DNA from: Macrostomum lignano
Taxonomy: Eukaryota
Assembly: GCA_002269645.1 (NCBI GenBank)
Contig: NIVC01002618.1
Coordinates: 62,001-126,000 of the forward strand
Length of the DNA stretch: 64,000 nt
Direction: 5' to 3'
In this document: piece by piece, positions 48,156 to 60,870 of the stretch
Layout: each line of letters starts with the position of its first letter
How positions within the stretch are numbered: position 1 is the first letter of the stretch
The notes under the pieces: model-generated
Database searches by the model: none
What the model was told of the DNA's origin: nothing
Seen by the model: only the letters and a program-made list of their open reading frames with translations
Program-made: the position numbers and the translations under genes

Positions 48156-48984
48156 CTGCCTGTCACTACTTCAGTATGCCTCTATGTTCTCCATCGCAGC
48201 AACGCCGCACACTCCCCAATGTTATACTTGTGTTATTCGTATCGCATTAAAACAAGCAGTGCAATTTGTGTTCGCCAAACGACTGACTGTTGTTAAAACA
48301 CAGAATCATTAAAAATGAATAACCAGTCAACTAATCTAGGCATGCACCGCAATATCTAACAGCTTTGCTTGTGATAACCTGCAATATTTGCAACCGTTTA
48401 CTGAACAGGCTGGAAGTCCTGCGAGAGTTTTTTGTTCTACAAAATTGATTATTCTAAATCTATTGATTATTAATAGTGTATAATTATTAATATTCATTGC
48501 AAATACAATGCTTATGATTTTATTTACTATTTAGATTACTATTTAGATTTTAAGTACAGAAATCCAATGCAAAGCCGTAAAGTACATTGAAATGTTGAAC
48601 TCCTGGACTCGTGTGATTTGACAAATTTATTTATGAATGTATAGAATATATTCAACTCGCGATCTGGTGCTCAAAAATGAAACCAAAACAATTCCAGCAA
48701 GTCGCATTGGGAAGCTCGCATTTCGAAGGAGAAAAGAACAATTTTTAATAAATAATTTTCGTAACAAGGATTTACGCTTCTCATAAATGAACCATTGCTA
48801 AACCAAACAGCTTTAATAATGATGGGAGTTAGCGACAGGTTTGCGTTAGTAATGCTCTCACACCGTGGTGAATGTTTAGCATGGGATACAATGTGGAATT
48901 CAAACTTGCTATTTCAGCAACAGCTTTGTCTACCTGAGAAGGGACGCGTAACTACAGTTGATTTCGCTGTTGGGTGGGGCTTCT

Positions 48985-49615
48985 TGGTCGGCTGCGACAC
49001 GTAGGCAGACAGACAGATAGACAAGACACTAAGATAGGTAGACACACAAGATACTAAGACAGGCAGACAGACACTAAGACAGGCAGACAGACAAGACACT
49101 AAGACAGACGGACAGACAGACAGACACTAAGACAGACGGACAGACAGACACCAAGACAGACAGACAGACAAGATACTAAGACAGGCAGACAGACAAGATA
49201 CTAAGACAGACAGACAGACAGATACTAAGACAGGCAGACAGACAAGACACTAAGACAGACGGACAGACAGACAGACACTAAGACAGACGGACAGACAGAC
49301 AGACACTAAGACAGACAGACAGACACTAAGACAGACAGACAGACAAGATACTAAGACAGACAGACAGACAGATACTAAGACAGACAGACAGACAGACAGA
49401 CAGACACTAAGACAGACGGACAGACAGACAGACACTAAGACAGACAGACAGACAGGCAGACAGACAGACAGACAGACAAGACACTAAGGCAGACAGGCAG
49501 ACAGACAGACAGACAGACAAGACACTAAGGCAGACAGGCAGACAGACAGACAGACAAGACACTAAGGCAGACAGACAGGCGGACAGACAGACAGACAGAC
49601 AAGACAGACAGACGG
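48985..49615. repeat. (GACA)n with ACTAA interruptions
   Basis: Direct reading. Confidence 0.92.
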
Positions 49616-50786
49616 AGACAAACTCAGAGGCAGCTCCTCGGGCCACACCGCAAGTCCGAATGAGTTGCATTGTATGGAAGGAAGCGGGGAGCGCGACGCA
49701 AACAAGCCTCACCAATCGCGGTCGGTTTAGCGGCAGGAAAGGCACACGCGAAGATTCCGGGTGCAAATTGCGCGGAATACAAAATAGTACGCATATACTT
49801 TAACGCAAAACTACCTGTACTCTACATGTTTAGTCTCGCAGTTGAAATAAATATAATAAGTCGGCAATGACGAGTCAAGTCGAGAGCCGTGTCAAGCACT
49901 GGTGTTCGTTCAGAACCTTCGGTCAGGAAATTACATGTAGTGAGCGAATGAACCATACATGCGCAACAGTCAGCCGAGCCGGCCGATCCGGCCGACCGAT
50001 TTGGCGGCCAACCAAGGAAGTCGCAAAAATGCCCACCCGAAAAAACACCCTAAGTAGTAGTACTAAGTAGCTGACGAGGCATTTTGGCTAAATAATACAG
50101 TAATAGTTCCTCCTGCTGTTTACCCAAAGTTGCTTTTGCTTTAGGGTTTTTTTACATGTAAGTTGCGCATGTATGGAATGAACAGTAGCGTACATGTACA
50201 TTTGGCGGTAACTAAGGGCAGTAACTTAATTGTGGAGGGGGAGGGCTCGCAATGGTTGCCTTGGTAAAACGCGCATGACATAATCTGCCTGAACCATAGA
50301 CTATAGCTTCTGCTGCTGTCAAGACATTAGCAGTTGGTGTCTGTGGCCCTAACCCCTGGATTTTCGGGGCCTCGGAGACGGGCGCTAAATACATCTAGCG
50401 AATTCTGGAGTAACATCTAGGTAATATAGAATCTGATTTTAGCTGTCAACGTTGTGTTGTGAGGGTAGTTATTTGTGGCTGTGTTCATGTCATACGCGTT
50501 TTATTCGGGCAGTTTGGATTTCAAGTGAGGAAGAATGGGATTCATATAAATGTATACTTACTGATTTACAAAGTCTTACCGCATCTATACATCTGCAAGT
50601 TGGCATTCTTCAGAATATTTAGACAAGATTTCAACTAAAAATTCTGGATTTCGATGTCTAGGGAGGTGTCGCAGATGAGAGTACATTACGAGTACATCAA
50701 TTCGCTGGGCTGGCGGTGTGAAGGGAAACTCCTGTTCTAAGGGTGAAGAGTGAAGTCAAAGTTTGGCTGGTGGCAATTTTCCCGCC

Positions 50787-53700
50787 TCACATGGAGTTGA
50801 CCACAGTGCACAGGAAGGCGTGCCTTTGGCAGACCTCCATGAAGTTCTTCTTCAAGAATGACACCACCTCGGGGTGGAACATGTTGAACCTGTAGTGCAG
50901 CTTGGGGTACTCGGTGGCCTTCTGGATCAAGCCGTTCTTGTCGTCTGTGTAGTACTGGCGGATGCTGCGACTCATCTTTTCGTAGCTCATGTTCATGTTG
51001 CCCTTGGTCATGCCCCACGACCGGGCCGCGCCGCTGCTGTCAACGAATCGGAACAGGCCCTCCTGGATGTTCAGCCACTCCACTGTGGGATCCTCATTCA
51101 TCAGCAGCCGGAGGATGTGCTCCCACAGGTGATCGCCGCCAACTTTCTCCGGCGACGCGGCTGAGTTCAATTAATGTAATTGGCGGTTCAGGCTGTGCAT
51201 GAACTTCTTGCGAAAATTATTTGCCCACAATGTCACACTTACAATTACCTTCAGGAAGAATTGCACTTTTAACATTGACCTTTGTAGCCTTCAGGAATAG
51301 CAAAAAAATGAGATTAATCTTTGGGCTACAAAATAATCTCAACGTTCGACTTTGACCTTTGACCTTTAGGCTGTCGGATCGGAGTTTTCGGGGTTTTGCG
51401 GTTTTTTCTTAAATTCCCTTTGTGCCTAAAATCGAAAATTTTAGCATTTGGGGATCTCTATGGGGAGAAATGGGATAAATGGGGATTTCATGTGAACCAA
51501 AGGCTCTAAAATGGAGCCTCGAGCCTGAAGCATTGGGTCCCGGTTTCTCTACGCCAATCCCTTCAATTGGAGCTTTAAATGCTTTAATGCTTTTTATGAA
51601 TTTTCGAACTGCTCAATGTTGACCTTCATTTGACCTCAGATAAACAAATCATGCAAGTTAACAACAAATTTTATTTGTTTAAATCGCTTACCCAGGTAGC
51701 TGGCGTTGGTCATTTTCATTGGAATGCTGTCGCAGACTGCAATTCAGATATGATGCGGGGTTAAGAATGCATAAAACTTCAATTCTAAGAAACCAAAGCC
51801 GGAAATTTCCTATTAATTAACAATTAGCACCTTGCTTCCAGGCATCAAGCTCGTATTGCAACTTCAAAGCGATTCGCTTGTCAAAGATTTCGCCAAATAT
51901 GTTTATATAGCTCTCTAGCGGCGTGTTCGGCTGAGCCCTGATGCAGGTCTCCACCATGCGCAGCTTCTGTACTCGCTCTGCCAGCTCAGCCGGATTCGGC
52001 TGGTGCAGGTGCTTGGTGAGCATGCACTTCAGCCAGAACATCCGCTGCTTCGGATCCCAACCTGCGGGGTGCGAGATTTGTACAGTGTTGCACAGTTTGT
52101 ACGAATGTTTGCAGTCTGTCTACCGATATGTAGTCTGTATCTACCGATATGTAGCTTGTACCACCAATATGTACAGTCTGTATCTACCGATATGTACGGT
52201 CTGTATCTACCGATATGTAGCTTGTACCACCAATATGTACAGTCTGTATCTACCGATATGTACGGTCTGTATCTACCGATATGTAGCTTGTACCACCAAT
52301 ATGTACAGTCTGTATCTACCGATATGTACGGTCTGTATCTACCGATATGTAGCTTGTACCACCAATATGTACAGTCTGTATCTACCGATATGTACGGTCT
52401 GTATCTCCGATATGTAGCTTGTACCACCAATATGTACAGTCTGTATCTACCGATATGTACGGTCTGTATCTACCGATATGTAGCTTGTACCACCAATATG
52501 TACAGTCTGTATCTACCGATATGTAGTCTGTATCTACCGATATGTAGCTTGTACCACCAATATGTACAGTCTGTATCTACCGATATGTAGTCTGTATCTA
52601 CCGATATGTAGCTTGTACCACCAATATGTACAGTCTGTATCTACCGATATGTAGTCTGTATCTACCGATATGTAGCTTGTACCACCAATATGTACAGTCT
52701 GTATCTACCGATATGTAGTCTGTATCTACCGATATGTAGCTTGTACCACCAATATGTACAGTCTGTATCTACCGATATGTAGTCTGTATCTACCGATATG
52801 TAGCTTGTACCACCAATATGTACAGTCTGTATCTACCGATATGTAGTCTGTATCTACCGATATGTAGCTTGTACCACCAATATGTACAGTCTGTATCTAC
52901 CGATATGTAGTCTGTATCTACCGATATGTAGCTTGTACCACCAATATGTACAGTCTGTATCTACCGATATGTAGTCTGTATCTACCGATATGTAGCTTGT
53001 ACCACCAATATGTACAGTCTGTATCTACCGATATGTAGTCTGTATCTACCGATATGTAGCTTGTACCACCAATATGTACAGTCTGTATCTACCGATATGT
53101 AGTCTGTATCTACCGATATGTAGCTTGTACCACCAATATGTACAGTCTGTATTTACCGATATGTACAGTCTGTATTTACCGATATGTACGGTCTGTATCT
53201 ACTAATATATACAGTTTGTACCTACCAATATATACAGAACAGAATTTATCTACCGATATGTACAGTTTGTATCTACCGATATGTAGCTTGTACCACCAAT
53301 ATGTACAGTCTGTATCTACCGATATGTACGGTCTGTATCTACTAATATATACAGTTTGTACCTACCAATATATACAGAACAGAATTTATCTACCGATATG
53401 TACAGTTTGTATCTACTAATGTGTTCAGTCAGTATCTACCTATATGTTGAACTGTCTTTATCTACTGTTAGTACAGTCTGTATCTACCTATATGTTGAAC
53501 TGTCTTTACCTACTGTTGGTACAGTCTGTATCTACTGTCTGTACAGTCTGTATCTACTGTTGGTACAGTCTGTATCTACTGTCTGTACAGTCTGTATCTA
53601 CTGTCTGTACAGTCTGTATCTACTGTCTGTACAGTCTGTATCTACTGTTGGTACAGTCTGTATCTACTGTCTGTACAGTCTGTATCTACTGTTGGTACAG

Positions 53701-54779
53701 TCTGTATCTACTGTCTGTACAGTCTGTATCTACTGTCTGTACAGTCTGTATCTACTGTCTGTACAGTCTGTATCTACTGTTTGTACAGTCTGTATCTACT
53801 GTTGGTACAGTCTGTATCTACTGTCTGTACAGTCTGTATCTACTGTTGGTACAGTCTGTATCTACTGTCTGTACAGTCTGTATCTACTGTCTGTACAGTC
53901 TGTATCTACTGTCTGTACAGTCTGTATCTACTGTTGGTACAGTCTGTATCTACTGTCTGTACAGTCTGTATCTACTGTCTGTACAGTCTGTATCTACTGT
54001 CTGTACAGTCTGTATCTACTGTCTGTACAGTCTGTATCTACTGTTGGTACAGTCTGTATCTACTGTCTGTACAGTCTGTATCTACTGTCTGTACAGTCTG
54101 TATCTACTGTCTGTACAGTCTGTATCTACTGTCTGTACAGCGACTCACTCTCCATAGCCGGCAGAGGCAGCTGTCCCAGCTCAGCCAGCATGAGCACCTC
54201 CTGCTGCTTGGACTGTTTCGGATTCTGCAGACTGGGCTCGCCAGACTCAATGGTTGGCGGCACCATGATGGCGCCGCCGTTCTGGAAGCTGGCTGGCCCG
54301 TACAGCTCTGAGTCCTGGCCGGGGCACAGCGGCGGGGAGGCTCGAGCGAATGGACTGCGATAGAACGACGGCTGCTGCTGCTGCTGAGACGGCGGCGGCA
54401 TCGGCGGCGGCGGCGGCGGCATCGGAGACGGCAGGGTCAGGGTCGGTGCCGCTTGCGGCGGTGGCATCGACTTCTGCAGCAGCAGCTGGGACTGGAACAG
54501 GCTCGGCAGTTGCGAAGGCGGCGGCGGCGGCGGCAAGGACTTCATGCTGTCGAATAGAAGCGACGAATTGGTCGCCGCGGGTCGAGGGAAGTCGTGGAAC
54601 ATCTCGCTGTCGGCTGCCGCCACGGGCCGGTGCTGCGGGAACATGCTGGCGCCGCCACCGGCGCTGAAGAAGCGCGTACCGGATGTGAGAGAAATCCCCG
54701 ACGCTCCGGTTGAGATGGGAGGCGGCGGGCCGGACATGGGCTCCACCGTTGGCGGGGTGCTGGAGTGGGACAGCTCCAT
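50787..54779 (-). CDS. ETS-family transcription factor, SPDEF/PDEF-like (Pro/Ser-rich N-term, divergent Pointed domain, C-terminal ETS domain), ~411 aa
   Basis: Exons (minus): 54779-54149, 52061-51831, 51160-50787, phases 1/1. ETS: HLWEHILRLL, EWLNIQEGLFRFVDS, MSYEKMSRSIRQYY (SRSIRQYY recalled as SPDEF-like). PNT-like SWDPKQRMFWL...LQYELDAWK. The start may lie in an upstream exon. Confidence 0.88.
52120..54140. repeat. Compound minisatellite (CTACCGATATGTAGCTTGTACCACCAATATGTACAGTCTGTAT, then 22-bp TGTATCTACTGTCTGTACAGTC) filling the first mapped ETS-gene intron
   Basis: Tandem units. Confidence 0.94.
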
Positions 54780-54818
54780 GAGCAACTCAGCAGCTGATGT
54801 TGTTGACGCTGTGCGATT

Positions 54819-55344
54819 TGAGTCAGCTCTGTCGGTGGCATGGAGTGTGTTTGAGTCATGAGGATATCATTGGGTGTTGATAACTTGAATGGCGAGCTCT
54901 GTGAGTTATAGTCACGTGTTATGGGGATATATTTGAGTCATGCATGCGCAACCTCCTGATTTACCTTCTTCAAAAAAGCCTTTGCAAACTTAACGTAATT
55001 TTGGGTAAACGGCTGGAGTAACCTTAACTGTATTGTTAAGGCTAAATGCCTCGTCATCTAGTCAGTACTATAGGCCCGTATTTTTGGGTGGGCATTTTGT
55101 GGATTGGCTGTTGCACATGTATGATTTGAGTCATAATTCTTAAGCTCAGAGTTCGGTCAAACGACTCAAGGGCGATGCTTTATTGATATGAGCACATTGC
55201 GTTTGAGTCATGAGATTTTAACATCATTATTTATATCACCAGAATTGGTAGGTCACGGGAATCTTGAATTTCAGTAATGAGCTCTCTATCTAAGCGCAAG
55301 GCGAGTAGTCATAGGACTCATAAGGTCAGGATGAGCTTGAGTCA
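54819..55344. promoter_or_regulatory. Homotypic cluster of six TGAGTCA (AP-1/TRE) motifs upstream of the ETS gene
   Basis: TGAGTCA at 54819, 54852, 54934, 55127, 55204 and 55338, irregularly spaced in unique sequence. Confidence 0.5.
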
Positions 55345-56664
55345 TGGGCTCTTGAGTCCTATATGATTAAGCTTAATTTAAGCTACCGGTATATGCATAA
55401 GCAGATCTTTTTTTAGAATGACAATCACTGCACAATGCGTCACTAGGTTTAGTCTGGCGCACTCGGAAGGGGCAGCGTAGGAGACGGACAAAGAAGGACG
55501 AGTGTATGAAGCGCTCACTCCAACTCGAGCTGGCATTATCTAAAACTGCCTGACCCTCCCCAGCTTCAACCTTCCATCAAGCACAATAGCAGCATTTAGC
55601 ATCCAAAATATCTAGTGCAGCCGCAATATATGAAAATAATATTTTATTAAGAAACAGGGTACGAGTTGAGGTTAGGTAATGCTCAGGGACTGGGTCAGGG
55701 ACTGCGTTTTGTTCCGGCATAATAATATGCAACCTGTTTTTTTAGATTTTTAGCACTACTATAAATTGCCATAATTAATAATTTGAGCACTAATTAAGCC
55801 TTGATAACTGGTTACTCTCTCATATTCGGCAACATAATCTCACAGACAAGTGCTGGAGCAATTCTGCCCATTTCGCTGAGAGACTGTCTATGGTAAAAAG
55901 TCATTTACTGCCATGCTTTTTATACCTAACAGCAATGGGGGGGGGGTTGTCTGGAAGTGAGAATTCGTGGTAATGGCCATAGACACGAGCGGGGACAGCT
56001 AACTTCATTGGTAAATTTGTCCATCAGGATCTGAGTGGGAAGGGGGAATGGAGGTGTGGAGGCGACGTCCCCACTTACAACCATAGACTATTTTATTTTA
56101 CGCTCATAGACTCGTTCGTTTTCTAAAATGATATCCCGGTTCCCGGTAAATTGATATATTGTCAAATTCAAACAATGACCATAGACATTTTGAAGAATGT
56201 GAAATCGTGGATTATTTTTCTCACGTTCAATAAAAATAAATTCATTTTTCGCCTGCTACCCAGTATTCCGGATTTTAGCCATAAAAATGTTAATAAACAA
56301 CTTCAAGTAAATATTGTCACTATGAAGTAAAGTGTTGGGCAGAATTTCAACCTGCTGTGTGTTTAGCAGTTTGTTAGGAACTGCGGTGCGGTGCAAGTTT
56401 ATAATATAAAGCAATGACTCACAACCATGATGTTAATTGCTAAAAGCTCGTTTGTTTATTAAAAATCCGAGTGACAATTTTTATGCTCCATGATGTAAAT
56501 GGAGCCGCGTGCACCATCTAATATTAGCTGCATCTGCCAATGGCCCAGTGAGCGGTGCTTGACAATAATAAACAGTAAAACTCGTGACTTGAAGCAGAAA
56601 CTAATAGAAGAGAGAGCAGAAAATTAGTTTGCTAAAATAATTTATTACCTTTTAGCCTCTGGTT

Positions 56665-56760
56665 CAGCTGACAGGTGACCCCTAATTAGGGGGACAGGTG
56701 ACCCTTAATCCATCCCTTAATCCCTGGTGTTACAAAACCAACCGGTGATCCCCTAATCCC
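56665..56760. promoter_or_regulatory. Compact candidate enhancer: E-boxes, TAATTA palindrome, three TAATCC sites
   Basis: CAGCTG 56665, CAGGTG 56672 and 56695, CCCCTAATTAGGGG 56679-92, TAATCC 56706, 56718 and 56754. Confidence 0.4.
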
Positions 56761-57295
56761 GCTGTAAATTCTCGACTTCCAATAAGATGACAGCTGACTC
56801 CAGTTCAACTTACCGAATAGTAAGTAGGTAATTATAGTACCGATTAAGAGTCATAAGAATATAGATTGTTACACAATTTCAGTATCTGTAATGGAATGCA
56901 CCATTACACTCCGCGCTGCACATGGTTAAAAAACAGCTACTTGAACGACTAACTGAATGAATTATAGAAAACAGAGCACAAACTTATACACTACACAATA
57001 CTCCATGAATTCCGAACTAGGATATCTGCTATCTGTCTCTTATCTCTGTTCCATAATGATATACTCGAGTATTGGAGACATTTCCTTCATTCCTGTGCGC
57101 ATTGATATCTGCGTAAGACAGACGTATTAGCGTCGGTTGTGGATAATATTAAATTGCTTGTGCATGCAAGCCAGTTTGTCTTGGAACTGGTACATCCGGT
57201 CACCTATTCCAGGATTAGGTGAGCTGCCTTCTGATTACGTGAGACAGCTAGAAGAAATATTTAATCAATTACGAGCTTTGGGGTTCATAAGACAG

Positions 57296-59488
57296 GGCAC
57301 CAAATCTATAGACATTACAGCAGATGGAGGCACCAAACCTACAGATACTACAGCAGCTGGAGATGCCAAATCTATAGATACTACAGCAGCTGGAGATGCC
57401 AAATCTATAGATACTACAGCAGATGGAGATGCCAAATCTATAGATACTATGGGAGATGGGGGCACCAAATCTATAGATACTATGGGAGATGGGGGCAACA
57501 AATCTATAGATACTATGGGAGATGGGGGCACCAAATCTATAGATACTATGGGAGATGGGGGCACCAAATCTATAGATACTATGGGAGATGGGGGCACCAA
57601 ATCTATAGATACTATGGGAGATGGGGGCACCAAATCTATAGATACTACAGCAGCTGGAGATGCCAAATCTATAGATACTACAGTAGATGGAGACACCAAA
57701 TCTATAGATACTACAGCAGCTGGAGATGCCAAATCTATAGATACTACAGTAGATGGAGACACCAAATCTATAGATACTACAGTAGATGGAGACACCAAAT
57801 CTATAGATACTGCAGTAGATGGAGACACCAAATCTATAGATACTACGGTAGATGGAGACACCAAATCTATAGATACTACAGTAGATGGAGGCACCAAATC
57901 TATAGATACTGCAGTAGATGGAGACACCAAATCTATAGATACTATGGGAGATGGGGGCAACAAATCTATAGATACTATGGGAGATGGGGGCAACAAATCT
58001 ATAGATACTGCAGTAGATGGAGGCACCAAATCTATAGATACTATGGGAGATGGGGGCACCAAATCTATAGATACTACAGTAGATGGAGGCACCAAATCTA
58101 TAGATACTATGGGAGATGGGGGCACCAAATCTATAGATACTTCAGTAGATGGAGACACCAAATCTATAGATACTATGAGAGATGGGGGCACCAAATCTAT
58201 AGATACTGCAGTAGATGGAGACACCAAATCTATAGATACTATGGGAGATGGAGGCAACAAATCTATAGATACTGCAGTAGATGGAGGCACCAAATCTATA
58301 GATACTATGGGAGATGGGGGCACCAAATCTATAGATACTACAGTAGATGGAGGCACCAAATCTATAGATACTATGGGAGATGGGGGCACCAAATCTATAG
58401 ATACTGCAGTAGATGGAGGCACCAAATCTATAGATACTATGGGAGATGGGGGCACCAAATCTATAGATACTACAGTAGATGGAGACACCAAATCTATAGA
58501 TACTATGAGAGATGGGGGCACCAAATCTATAGATACTACAGCAGATGGAGATGCCAAATCTATAGATACTATGGGAGATGGGGGCACCAAATCTATAGAT
58601 ACTTCAGTAGATGGAGACACCAAATCTATAGATACTATGGGAGATGGGGGCAACAAATCTATAGATACTACAGTAGATGGAGGCACCAAATCTATAGATA
58701 CTGCAGTAGATGGAGACACCAAATCTATAGATACTATGGGAGATGGGGGCACCAAATCTATAGATACTGCAGTAGATGGAGGCACCAAATCTATAGATAC
58801 TATGGGAGATGGGGGCACCAAATCTATAGATACTACAGCAGATGGAGATGCCAAATCTATAGATACTATGGGAGATGGGGGCACCAAATCTATAGATACT
58901 TCAGTAGATGGAGACACCAAATCTATAGATACTATGGGAGATGGGGGCAACAAATCTATAGATACTGCAGTAGATGGAGACACCAAATCTATAGATACTA
59001 CGGGAGATGGAGGCACCAAATCTATAGATACTACAGTAGATGGAGGCACCAAATCTATAGATACTACAGCAGATGAAGATGCCAAATCTATAGATACTAC
59101 GGTAGATTGAAGCACCAAATCTATAGATACTATGGTAGATTGAAGCACCAAATCTATAGATACTACGGTAGATTGAAGCACCAAATCTATAGATACTACG
59201 GGAGATTTAGGCACCAAATCTATAGATACTACGGGAGATTTAGGCACCAAATCTATAGATACTACGGGAGATTTAGGCACCAAATCTATAGATACTACGG
59301 GAGATTGAAGCACCAAATCTATAGATACTACGGGAGATTGAAGCACCAAATCTATAGATACTACGGGAGATGGAGGCACCAAATCTATAGATACTACGGT
59401 AGATTGAAGCACCAAATCTATAGATACTACGGTAGATTGAAGCACCAAATCTATAGATACTACGGTAGATTGAAGCACCAAATCTATA
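57296..59488. repeat. 33-bp minisatellite ACCAAATCTATAGATACTACAGTAGATGGAGAC (~66 units; frame open on both strands over most of it)
   Basis: Period 33 with ATCTATAGAT palindrome per unit. Confidence 0.95.
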
Positions 59489-60862
59489 GTTCTTTCAGCT
59501 ATAAACACAATGTCATGTAACAGTTAAACAAACATAAATTTCCCGGGCAATCAGAGCTAAGAATTAAAATACTATTAATTCTAAACTGGGAAGACACGAA
59601 CTGCGGAAGGAACAGCTCAAGAGATACGACTGGAGCCCAGAGAGGCCTGGGCATCTGCACTCAGCCTCAGCCTTCAAACTAAAATTAAGAAAACGGTGGA
59701 ACCTCCAATCTAATAGTATGGTGGCATTAAACTGTAGTATTACAATTAGATATAAGCAAGCCAGGAGACATGGAAAGTGCACTAAAAGAACGAAATCTAT
59801 TTATTTTAACATCGAACTGCATATCTTTAATTAGGTCAACAGAATTTTAAACTTACATTTTGTCACAGTTTACTGGTCTCCGGGTCTCGAAATTTTGATT
59901 TAATTGGGCTCAAGGATGCATGCAGGGTGTGCAGCAACGGTTCTTGCTAATATAAAATTTCTTTACTAGCCCTGGATGTCCAGACGTCTCAAGTTGATGC
60001 AGAATAACAAAAAACAGCACAGAGAGGAGTTCAGTTGTGCAGCTTGAGTACTACGGTACGGATGCAGAGCACAGCTACAACTGTACGCTGTTGTAGTTGT
60101 TGGTGGATGCTGGCTATTCTTCAATATGAGAATCCGAGAGGTAAACCAACCGAAGCAAAAGCGTGTTTCAACTTTCGCCTTACTATCCGAACCTCGAGCT
60201 ATTTTACTTAAAGAAGCGCCTACTCTATTCAACTGGTTGCACTCGCGCTGTACACCAAAAACTTAAGCAGTTAGAACTGAAGCGATAGATAAAAACTGCG
60301 CACTCTGCATTCGGCTCACTGTTTTCAAGAGAGTAGCTGGCTATACTCGCTAAGAACGCGCCCTTTTTTGCCTTCCTCTCGTTTAGCCTGCTTTGGTGTA
60401 TAATAAAAGGCCAGGTCAAAACGGTTCGGGGGGGGGGGGTTGCGGGGCTGCGGGCTGGACAGAGAGGCGCAAATCTGTGGCTTGGATAGTGGGGTGTCGT
60501 AAACTGCCGGGACATTGGGTTTTCAAGATTAAGACACTGCGCTTTTGGTGCAGTGTACAATTTAATGCGGCCCAATGTACATTGCCTGGCTGCGACTGAG
60601 AGCTGTTGCTGCAAGGTGGATAGAAATGGCGCGTGGCGGCTTGGGCGTGGTTCAGTTTTAGCAATTAAAAACCGGCGTCGGAGCGGGGAAGAGATTCAAT
60701 GTACATTTCAGCCCCTCCTTGAGGCACAAATCCAACCCCAACCCCACCAGAGAGCGCAGTTCGCTCACAATGCAATGCGCGCGCTAGAGAAAACAAACCA
60801 TTCTCGGGCCGTTTAGCTGGGCCTTCCGTTTCGTTTCGCCTGAGTTTGCTGACCTAACTATC

Positions 60863-60870
60863 TATATAAA
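60863..60870 (+). promoter_or_regulatory. Possible TATA box (TATATAAA) for the downstream GPCR gene
   Basis: Motif in a GC-richer promoter-like stretch ~2.4 kb upstream of the ATG; no TSS evidence. Confidence 0.25.

Noticed and set aside
55880-56190. CCATAGAC / GTCTATGG words suggesting MITE ends
   Set aside because: Too short, and no TSD or clear boundaries.
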